A stretch of DNA of 32,000 bases from an uncultured Eubacteriales bacterium (GTDB lineage Bacteria > Bacillota > Clostridia > Oscillospirales > Oscillospiraceae). A program made the translations under genes and the position numbers. Location of the stretch: contig UROF01000025.1 in the NCBI GenBank assembly GCA_900549475.1, positions 5,153-37,152 on the forward strand, in the 5' to 3' direction. The notes under the pieces are model-generated. The model was not told the DNA's origin, did no database searches, and saw only the letters and a list, made by a program, of their open reading frames with translations. How positions within the stretch are numbered: the first letter of the stretch is position 1; each line of letters begins with the position of its first letter. Shown piece by piece: positions 1 through 6,481 of the stretch.

Positions 1-82
1 GGATTATTAACTTTTTTGCTCCCCTCGGAGGGGGTTTTCTTCTTTGCCATCGGTGTGTTCCTTACTGTTTATTTTGGATGCC

Positions 83-512
83 GGGGAGGGCTGGTGCCAC
101 TGAATCAGCGGGCAGCGGCCCTCAGCGCTGTTTTGTCTCCGACGGGTTCACTTTTGGACGCCCAAAAGTGAACCGAAAAAGCGCCAGCCCCCTTCGGGCT
201 GGACCCCCGCTTTTGTCCAATCGGACGCCATCAGGGGAGGGCTGCGCAGCCACTGAGACGCCGCGGCATGCTTCTCGTCGGCGCACCCCGCGCAACAAGA
301 AACATCCCTCAGCCCGAGGGCCGTCAGGCGAAGTCAGACACCCGCCGCACCGATTACGAGGGGCCAGCGGCCCGCGGTATTTCAGTGGCTGCCCGGTATC
401 AACCCTGATACAGACTGATTGGACAAAAGCGGGGACCGGGGTGGCCCCGGCGCTTTTTTGGTGACTTTTTGTGCGTACAAAAAGTTACCCGGGTCCGGGG
501 CGGGAAGCCACG
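83..512. repeat. Foldback multi-hairpin intergenic repeat, copy A (full palindromic copy with a short apex)
   Basis: The left arm has hairpin H1 at 145-174 (GGTTCACTTTTGG-acgc-CCAAAAGTGAACC), hairpin H2 at 184-202 (CCAGCCC-ccttc-GGGCTGG) and the core CCCCGCTTTTGTCCAATCGGAC at 205-226. The right arm mirrors it: core CTGATTGGACAAAAGCGGGG at 415-434, H2' at 436-450 and H1' at 460-489. The inner arms are CAGCCACTGA (247-256) and TCAGTGGCTG (382-391). The same modules recur at 1087-1348, 5903-6431, 14101-14733, 17603-18418 and 31850-32000. Confidence 0.8.
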
Positions 513-518
513 GGAGGC

Positions 519-719
519 TTATCGCTGGCGGCAGACCAGCTCATCCAGGGTAATGTCGTACAGGTCTGCCAGCGCAATGAGGGTCTCCATGGGCGGCGTA
601 CGGTCGCCGTGCTCATAGTATTGATAGACCCGCAGGGAGATCCCCAATTTTTCGGCAATCTCCTGCTGCTTCAGCCCTTTGGATAATCGCAGGGACAGCA
701 GGTGTTCTGAAAATGTCAT
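519..719 (-). CDS. XRE-family helix-turn-helix transcriptional regulator (66 aa)
   Basis: The translation MTFSEHLLSLRLSKGLKQQEIAEKLGISLRVYQYYEHGDRTPPMETLIALADLYDITLDELV is a classic Cro/C1 HTH. An AAAGAGGG ribosome-binding site lies upstream of the ATG at 719. The longer ORF start at 746 has no RBS. Confidence 0.85.
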   Translation of the reverse strand: MTFSEHLLSLRLSKGLKQQEIAEKLGISLRVYQYYEHGDRTPPMETLIALADLYDITLDELVCRQR

Positions 720-732
720 AGACCCTCTTTTC

Positions 733-793
733 CTTGACAAGCACAATTGTGCATGTTATACTGCTATCATAGCACGCACAATTGTGCTTCTCA
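733..793. promoter_or_regulatory. Overlapping divergent promoters, each with a GCACAATTGTGC palindromic operator in its spacer
   Basis: The rightward promoter has TTGACA at 733-738, a 17-nt spacer and TATACT at 756-761. The leftward promoter has TTGAGA at 793-788, a 17-nt spacer and TATGAT at 770-765. The perfect 12-bp palindrome GCACAATTGTGC occurs twice, at 740-751 and 775-786, once inside each spacer. Confidence 0.6.
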
Positions 794-815
794 ATATCTG
801 GTGGGGGTAAATCGG

Positions 816-1070
816 ATGAACGAATACGAGGAATGTCTGTTTTACTATATCATGGAACATGAGTGGCCCGGCCTGTTGGAGCAAGAGGCGTACCAGGTCC
901 TGGCGGGGAGCCGGGACGAGGCGCTGAATGCTTTGACAGAGACCTTCACCCCGGAGCAGCGGCGGCTGTACATGGCCTATGAGCCCCGGTGCAACGCCGC
1001 ATGCTCCGCAGAGATGCAGTACTTGTTCCATAAATCCTTCCGTTTGGGCCTGCACCTGGCCCGCCTGTAA
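816..1070 (+). CDS. Small hypothetical helical protein (84 aa) divergent from the XRE regulator
   Basis: The ORF starts MNEYEECLFYY and is preceded by a GGTGGGGG ribosome-binding site. Codon usage looks coding. It resembles the small uncharacterised proteins often paired with XRE regulators in Clostridia, but I cannot name the family with certainty. Confidence 0.6.
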   Translation: MNEYEECLFYYIMEHEWPGLLEQEAYQVLAGSRDEALNALTETFTPEQRRLYMAYEPRCNAACSAEMQYLFHKSFRLGLHLARL

Positions 1071-1086
1071 GCGCTGATAGAACCAA

Positions 1087-1348
1087 CCCTCAGCCCGAGG
1101 GGCGACAGCCGAAGTGAGATTCCCGCCGCACCGATTACGAGGGGCCAGCGGCCCTGCAGAAATTCAGTGGCAACGCAGTATCAAGACTTGATACAGACCG
1201 ATTGGGCAAAAACGGGGTCCGGGGTGTCCCCGGCGGCGTTTTGGTTACTTTGCCGCCGAGGGCAAAGTAACCCGCGCTTACGGCGCGGAATATCCCCAAA
1301 CAGCCTGAAGGGCTGAAACAAGAAACATTCAGAGGAATCCTCCTCTGA
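1087..1348. repeat. Foldback-repeat family, copy B (single right-arm half-unit)
   Basis: It contains CCCTCAGCCCGAGGG, CCGCCGCACCGATTACGAGG and TTCAGTGGC, then the core CCGATTGGGCAAAAACGGGG at 1198-1217. H2' follows at 1219-1233 and H1' at 1243-1272 (GGTTACTTTGCC-gccgag-GGCAAAGTAACC). Three further hairpins follow: H3 at 1272-1288, H4 at 1301-1315 and H5 at 1329-1348 (TCAGAGGA-atcc-TCCTCTGA). No matching left arm is present. Confidence 0.8.
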
Positions 1349-1376
1349 CCCCCCCGCCGCCGGGGCAAGGCGGCCT

Positions 1377-3374
1377 TTACGAAATATCCGCCAGATCCAA
1401 AAACTTATATCCGTTCTCGGCGATGTGCTCCTTACGCCCCTGGAGATTGTCCCCCAGCAGCAGGTCAAACATGGCGGCGGTGGCCTCCGCATCCTCGGGC
1501 ATCACCTTGATGAGCCGCCGGGTCTCCGGGTTCATGGTGGTCAGCCACATCATGTCCGGGTCGTTCTCGCCCAGACCTTTGCTCCGATCCACCTTCACCT
1601 TTTTCCCCTCCAGGCCCTTGAGAATCTCCGCCTTCTCCCGCTCGGAGTAGGCAAACCAGGTCTTGTCCCCGCTGTTGATCTCAAAGAGGGGGGACTCGGC
1701 GATATACACATACCCCTCCTGGATGAGGGTGGGGCAGAGACGGTAGAGCATGGTCAGAATCAGCGTCCGGATCTGGAAGCCGTCCACGTCCGCATCGGTG
1801 CAGATGACCACCTTGCTCCACCGGAGATTCCCCAGGTCAAAGGCGCTCAGCTCCTTCACGTGCTTGTTCTGGACCTCCACGCCGCAGCCCAGCACCTTCA
1901 TCAGGTCCGTGATGATCTCACTTTTGAAAATACGGGCGTAATCCGCCTTCAGGCAGTTCAATATCTTGCCCCGGACCGGCATGATCCCCTGGAACTCCGC
2001 GTCCCGGCTCAGCTTTACGCTGCCCAGAGCGGAATCGCCCTCTACAATATAGAGCTCCCGGCGGCTCACGTCCTTGGTCCGGCAGTCCACAAACTTCTGG
2101 ACCCGGTTGGCGATGTCGATGGTGCCGGAGAGGTTCTTCTTGATGTTCAGCCGGGTCTGCTCCGCCCGCTCCCGGCTGCGCTTGTTCACCAGCACCTGGC
2201 CGGCTACCCGCTCAGCGTCGGCGGGATTTTCGATAAAGTAGATCTCCAGGCGGCTGCGGAGGAACTCCGTCATGGCCTCCTGGATGAATTTATTGGTGAT
2301 GGCCTTCTTGGTCTGGTTTTCGTAGCTGGTCTGGGTGGAGAAGTTACTGCTGACCAGCACCAGACAGTCCTCCACATCCGCCCAGGTGACCTTGCTCTCG
2401 TTTTTCTGGTACTTGCTGTTCTGGCGCAGCCATGCGTCGATGGCTCCCACAAAGGCGGAGCGGGTAGCCTTCTCCGGACTGCCTCCATGCTCCAGCCAGC
2501 TGGAGTTGTGGTAGTGCTCAATGATGGCCACCCGGTTGGAGAAGCAGAAGGCCGTCGACAGCTTTACCTTGTACTCGTCCTTGTCGGCACGGTCCCGGCC
2601 CCGGCGCTCCGCCTCCCAGAACACCGGCAGGGTCAGGCTGTCCTCACCCGCCAGCTCTTTCACATAGTCGGCGATGCCGTTCTCATAGAAGAACTCCTCG
2701 GTCTCAAACTTCCCCGGGGCAGTCTCGTTCTTGAACACAAAGGTGATACCGGCGTTGACCACCGCCTGGCGCTTCATGACGCCGGTGAAGTAGTCCGCCG
2801 GGATGGCGATATCGGTGAACACCTCCAGGTCGGGAAGCCACCTCGTACGGGTGCCGGTGCGCTTTTTGGTGAGAGGGGTCTTTTGCAGCTCCTCTCCCTT
2901 TTTGCCCTTTACCTTGCCCTTTTCAAAATGGAGCTGATACTCATAGCCGTCCCGCCAGACGGTGACGTCCATCCAGGCGGAGGAGTACTGGGTGGCACAG
3001 GAGCCCAGACCATTGAGGCCCAGGGAATACTCGTAGTTCTCGCCCTGGTTGTTGCCGTACTTGCCGCCGGCGTAGAGCTCACAGAACACCAGCTCCCAGT
3101 TGTACCGCTTTTCCTTCTCGTTCCAATCCACCGGGCAGCCCCGGCCCGCGTCCTCTACCTCCACGCTGTGGTCCAGGAAACGGGTGACGGTGATCTTTTT
3201 GCCGTGGCCCTCCCGGGCCTCGTCGATGGAGTTGGACAATATCTCAAATACGGCGTGCTCGCAGCCCTCCAGGCCATCGGAGCCAAAAATGACACCGGGC
3301 CGTTTCCGGACCCGGTCGGCTCCCTTCAGGGCACTGATGGACTCGTTGCCGTAGCTTGGTTTCTTTTCTGCCAT
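1377..3374 (-). CDS. Type IIA DNA topoisomerase subunit B (GyrB/ParE family, 665 aa)
   Basis: The N-terminus has GHKL ATPase motifs (RKRPGVIFGS, EILSNSIDEA, GLNGLG). A Toprim EGDSA motif (LYIVEGDSALGS) and PVRGKILN are also present. A GGAGGAA ribosome-binding site precedes the start. No A subunit is adjacent, so I cannot decide between gyrB and parE. Confidence 0.95.
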   Translation of the reverse strand: MAEKKPSYGNESISALKGADRVRKRPGVIFGSDGLEGCEHAVFEILSNSIDEAREGHGKKITVTRFLDHSVEVEDAGRGCPVDWNEKEKRYNWELVFCELYAGGKYGNNQGENYEYSLGLNGLGSCATQYSSAWMDVTVWRDGYEYQLHFEKGKVKGKKGEELQKTPLTKKRTGTRTRWLPDLEVFTDIAIPADYFTGVMKRQAVVNAGITFVFKNETAPGKFETEEFFYENGIADYVKELAGEDSLTLPVFWEAERRGRDRADKDEYKVKLSTAFCFSNRVAIIEHYHNSSWLEHGGSPEKATRSAFVGAIDAWLRQNSKYQKNESKVTWADVEDCLVLVSSNFSTQTSYENQTKKAITNKFIQEAMTEFLRSRLEIYFIENPADAERVAGQVLVNKRSRERAEQTRLNIKKNLSGTIDIANRVQKFVDCRTKDVSRRELYIVEGDSALGSVKLSRDAEFQGIMPVRGKILNCLKADYARIFKSEIITDLMKVLGCGVEVQNKHVKELSAFDLGNLRWSKVVICTDADVDGFQIRTLILTMLYRLCPTLIQEGYVYIAESPLFEINSGDKTWFAYSEREKAEILKGLEGKKVKVDRSKGLGENDPDMMWLTTMNPETRRLIKVMPEDAEATAAMFDLLLGDNLQGRKEHIAENGYKFLDLADIS

Positions 3375-3583
3375 AGGTTCCTCCGCTGTGTAAAATCAGT
3401 CCGCAACAGTATTAGTTTACCAAATCCCGCCGTCAATGGCAACCCCTCCCGGCCCATTTCACCTGCCCCACACGCCGTTCTTACCTGTCTTTGACAAAAA
3501 ACCATAAAACTCCGAAAAAAGTGACCAGGCGCTCCACAGGGCATAATCGGAAGAAACCCCCGCAACTTCCTGCCAGAACAAGG

Positions 3584-3630
3584 TTTTACACATTATCCAC
3601 ACAGTTTTCCACACGCTTATGTTAACCACC
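3584..3630 (+). promoter_or_regulatory. Cluster of head-to-tail DnaA-box-like 9-mers outside oriC
   Basis: The boxes are TTTTACACA (3584-3592, 2 mismatches), TTATCCACA (3593-3601, perfect consensus), TTTTCCACA (3605-3613, 1 mismatch) and TTAACCACC (3622-3630, 2 mismatches). All four share one orientation. Confidence 0.55.
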
Positions 3631-3732
3631 GTCGCCGGAAAAAGTGATGGTTCCCCTTTCCCCGGCAGGAAAATCTTTCCTCCGGCGGAAAATAGCACCC
3701 ATTTCTGCCTGTCCACCGGCCGTCTATGGCTG

Positions 3733-3769
3733 TCTCCCGGGCGGAGACTGCACCCCGGGAGATTTTCTT
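3733..3769 (+). terminator. Terminator-like hairpin upstream of the metG promoter
   Basis: The stem TCTCCCGGG (3733-3741) pairs with CCCGGGAGA (3754-3762) and is followed by TTTTCTT. No upstream plus-strand gene is present for it to terminate. Confidence 0.4.
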
Positions 3770-3772
3770 CCG

Positions 3773-3811
3773 CCGGAATACTTGTAAAGTATTCCCGGGA
3801 TGTGGTATACT
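3773..3811 (+). promoter_or_regulatory. Putative metG promoter with an overlapping palindrome
   Basis: The -35 is TTGTAA (3782-3787), the spacer is 18 nt, and an extended -10 reads TGgTATACT (3806-3811). The palindrome GGAATACTT-gta-AAGTATTCC (3775-3795) covers the -35. Confidence 0.5.
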
Positions 3812-3871
3812 ATATCTTACGTTTGATTGCCGATTACGTCCCCCATTCGGGACTTACAGGAGGTTTTCCCT

Positions 3872-5851
3872 ATGGAGAACAAGAGATATTATATCACAAC
3901 CCCCATCTACTATCCCTCAGACAAGCTCCACATCGGCCACACCTACTGCACCGTGGCCACCGACGCCCTGGCCCGCTACAAGCGCCTCCAGGGCTATGAC
4001 GTCATGTTCCTCACCGGTACCGACGAGCACGGTCAGAAGATCGAGGACAAGGCCAAGGATGCCGGCGTCACCCCGCAGGAATATGTGGACAAGATCGTAG
4101 AGGGTGAAGGCGGCGTTCTGGACCTGTGGAAGCTGATGAACATCTCCAACGACCGCTTTATCCGCACCACTGACGACTACCATGTCTCCGCTATCCAGAA
4201 GATCTTCAAGAAGATGTACGACAACGGAGACATCTACAAGGGCACCTACAAGGGCAAGTACTGCAAGCCCTGCGAGAGCTTCTGGACCGAGAGCCAGCTC
4301 AAGGACGGCAAGTGCCCCGACTGCGGCCGTGAGGTCCAGGACGCGGAGGAGGAGGCCTACTTCTTCCGTCTGAGCAAGTACGCCGATAAGATCCAGGATC
4401 TCCTGGAGAACACCGACTTTCTGGAGCCCCGGAGCCGGGTCAACGAGATGGTGAACAACTTCATCAAGCCGGGCCTGGAGGATCTGTGCGTGTCCCGCAC
4501 CAGCTTCACCTGGGGCGTGCCTGTGGACTTTGACCCGGGCCATGTGGTGTATGTGTGGATCGACGCTCTCTCCAACTACATCACCGCCCTGGGCTACGAC
4601 AACGACAAGTACGACGATTTCGACAAGTTCTGGCCTGCCGATGTCCACATCGTGGGCAAGGAGATCGTCCGCTTCCACTCCATCATCTGGCCCGCCATGC
4701 TCATGAGCCTGGGTCTGCCCCTGCCCAAGAAGGTGTTCGGCCACGGCTGGCTCCTGCTGGACGGCGGCAAGATGTCCAAGTCCAAGGGCAACGTGGTGGA
4801 CCCCTATATCCTGGCTCAGATGTTCGGAGTGGACGCCCTGCGTTTCTTCCTCATGCGGACCTTCCCCTTCGGCTCTGACGGCAACTTCTCCAACGAGCTG
4901 CTGATCCAGACCATCAACACCGACCTTGCCAACGACCTGGGCAACCTGGTCAGCCGCACCACCGCCATGGTGGGCAAGTATTTCGGCGGCAAGCTGCCGG
5001 AAGGCTGCCGCACCTGGGACAAGCCCGAAGCCTTTGACACGGAGCTCATCACCATGGCCTCCGCTCTCCGGGACAAGTACCAGAAGGATATGGATACCTA
5101 CGCCCCCCACAAGGCCCTGGAGGAGATCTTTGCCGTGATCCAGCGGGCCAACAAGTATATCGACGAGAACGCCCCCTGGGCTTTGGCCAAGGATATGGAG
5201 GCCAACGGCGGCCGTCTGGCCCACGTCCTCTACAACCTGCTGGAGGCCACCCGGATCTGCGCCATTCTGCTGATCCCCTTCATGCCTGAGAGCATGGACA
5301 AGCTCTTTGTCCAGATCGGGGCGGGGGAGGACGTCCGCACCTGGGACAGCGCCGCGGTGTGGGGCGGCCTCAGCGACGGCGCCGCCGTCACCAAGGGCGA
5401 GAACCTGTTCCCCCGTGTGGATGCGGAGAAGGCTCTGGAGGAGCTGGAGCGGCTGGAGGCTGAGGCCAAGAAGGCCACCCTCCCCGACGTGGAGGTGGAG
5501 CCCCAGCTCACCGAGGAGGTGCCCTTCGACACCTTCTGCCAGTGTGATCTCCGGGCAGTGAAGGTGAAAGCCTGCGAGAACGTGAAGAAGAGCAACAAGC
5601 TCCTGAAGTTCACTCTGGACGACGGTACCGGCACTGACCGGCAGATCCTCTCCGGCATCGCCCTGTACTATAAGCCCGAGGAGCTGGTGGGCAAGACCCT
5701 GGTGGCCATCGTGAACCTGCCGCCCCGGAAGATGATGGGCCAGGAGAGCTGCGGTATGCTGATCTCCGCCGTCCACAAGGAGAAGGGGGAGGAGAAGCTC
5801 CATCTTCTCATGGTGGACGATTCCATCCCCGCCGGAGCCAAGCTCTGCTGA
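3872..5851 (+). CDS. metG: Methionine--tRNA ligase with a C-terminal tRNA-binding (EMAP/Trbp111-like) domain
   Basis: The product has the HIGH motif (KLHIGHTYC), KMSKS (GGKMSKSKGN) and a zinc knuckle (CKPCESFW...CPDCG). A C-terminal OB-fold tRNA-binding segment is present. An AGGAGG ribosome-binding site lies 8 nt before the ATG at 3872. Confidence 0.97.
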   Translation: MENKRYYITTPIYYPSDKLHIGHTYCTVATDALARYKRLQGYDVMFLTGTDEHGQKIEDKAKDAGVTPQEYVDKIVEGEGGVLDLWKLMNISNDRFIRTTDDYHVSAIQKIFKKMYDNGDIYKGTYKGKYCKPCESFWTESQLKDGKCPDCGREVQDAEEEAYFFRLSKYADKIQDLLENTDFLEPRSRVNEMVNNFIKPGLEDLCVSRTSFTWGVPVDFDPGHVVYVWIDALSNYITALGYDNDKYDDFDKFWPADVHIVGKEIVRFHSIIWPAMLMSLGLPLPKKVFGHGWLLLDGGKMSKSKGNVVDPYILAQMFGVDALRFFLMRTFPFGSDGNFSNELLIQTINTDLANDLGNLVSRTTAMVGKYFGGKLPEGCRTWDKPEAFDTELITMASALRDKYQKDMDTYAPHKALEEIFAVIQRANKYIDENAPWALAKDMEANGGRLAHVLYNLLEATRICAILLIPFMPESMDKLFVQIGAGEDVRTWDSAAVWGGLSDGAAVTKGENLFPRVDAEKALEELERLEAEAKKATLPDVEVEPQLTEEVPFDTFCQCDLRAVKVKACENVKKSNKLLKFTLDDGTGTDRQILSGIALYYKPEELVGKTLVAIVNLPPRKMMGQESCGMLISAVHKEKGEEKLHLLMVDDSIPAGAKLC

Positions 5852-5867
5852 GAGATGATGTTGATTC

Positions 5868-5897
5868 GGGGCCGGTCCTCCGGGACCGGCCCCTTTT
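5868..5897 (+). terminator. Intrinsic terminator of metG
   Basis: The hairpin GGGGCCGGTCC-tccg-GGACCGGCCCC is followed by TTTT. Confidence 0.85.
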
Positions 5898-5902
5898 CTG
5901 CC

Positions 5903-6431
5903 GGTGCGCCGTCCCCGGACCCGGTGTTTGCTATTGGGGGCCTTCCCGGCCCCAAACCCCGGGTTCACTTTTGGCCGCCCAAAAGTGAACCGAAAAAGCG
6001 CCAGCCCCCTTCGGGCTGGACCCCCGCTGTTGTCTAATCGGACACCCCCAGCCCTGCCGCTGTGGTGCCACTGAACCAGTGCCTTTTGGCATCTGATCTG
6101 CGGCGGGTTGCGCGTCCAGCTTCGGCTGTCGCCCTGTTAAAGGGGTAGAACCATCTGTCTGTTTCGCATAATCAGAAGCGTCTATCGACTCGAGGGCCGT
6201 CAGGCGAAGTGCGCAGACCGCCGCACCGATTACGAAGGAGCCGGAGGCCCCGCGGTATTTCAGTGGCAACCGGGCATCTCCCTTGCTTGTGTCCGATTGG
6301 ACAAACAGAGGGGGGTCCGGGGTCTCCCCGGCGCGCTTTTGCCTACTTTTCCCGCGAAGGAAAAGTAGGCCTGCGGAGCATACCCAGCCCGGAGGGCTGA
6401 TAAAAGGAGATTCAGAGGAACCATCCTCTGA
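5903..6431. repeat. Foldback multi-hairpin repeat, copy C (full palindromic copy)
   Basis: The left arm has H1 at 5962-5991, H2 (CCAGCCC-ccttc-GGGCTGG) and the core at 6022-6043. The inner arms are GTGCCACTGAAC and TTCAGTGGCAAC. The right arm has the core at 6293-6313 and H1' at 6341-6370 (GCCTACTTTTCC-cgcgaa-GGAAAAGTAGGC). H4 and H5 (6412-6431) follow. Confidence 0.8.
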
Positions 6432-6481
6432 TACCATCCCCCGGCCGGTGGGAACCGGCAAAACAAGAAAGGAGCCCCGCC

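Noticed and set aside
78-464. ORFs lying inside the foldback repeats: 78-464, 1135-1492, 5931-6731, 14036-14445, 14433-15302, 17655-17885, 17928-18305 and 31569-31996. Several share peptide fragments such as PLRAGPPLL and FxxPKSEPKK.
   Set aside because: The shared peptides come from the nucleotide repeat being read in whichever frame happens to be open. The frame, strand and extent differ from copy to copy. The sequences are Arg/Pro/Gly-rich, and no start signals are conserved. They are likely sources of spurious hypothetical-protein annotations.
83-512. Possibility that the repeated elements form a CRISPR array.
   Set aside because: There are no short direct repeats at regular 60-75 bp spacing. 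Copies are hundreds of bp long, self-complementary, dispersed over 32 kb and separated by genes. No cas genes are present.
1425-3494. 689-aa ORF on the plus strand, antisense to the topoisomerase gene. Similar long antisense ORFs lie at 3917-5968, 6260-7432, 8045-9226, 9299-10330, 11899-13257, 20864-22189, 24411-26447, 27760-29109 and 30874-31830.
   Set aside because: These are shadow ORFs, typical of high-GC DNA. They exactly overlap genes with clear homology on the other strand. Their compositions are low-complexity (Gly/Ala/Leu/His/Gln/Val-rich), they have no recognisable domains, and they lack convincing ribosome-binding sites.
3400-3871. T-box or other known riboswitch upstream of metG.
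   Set aside because: I could find no T-box consensus (AATTAGGGTGGTACCGCG-like), no specifier-loop arrangement and no S-box features. The leader from the best promoter is only about 55 nt. This still deserves a covariance-model scan.
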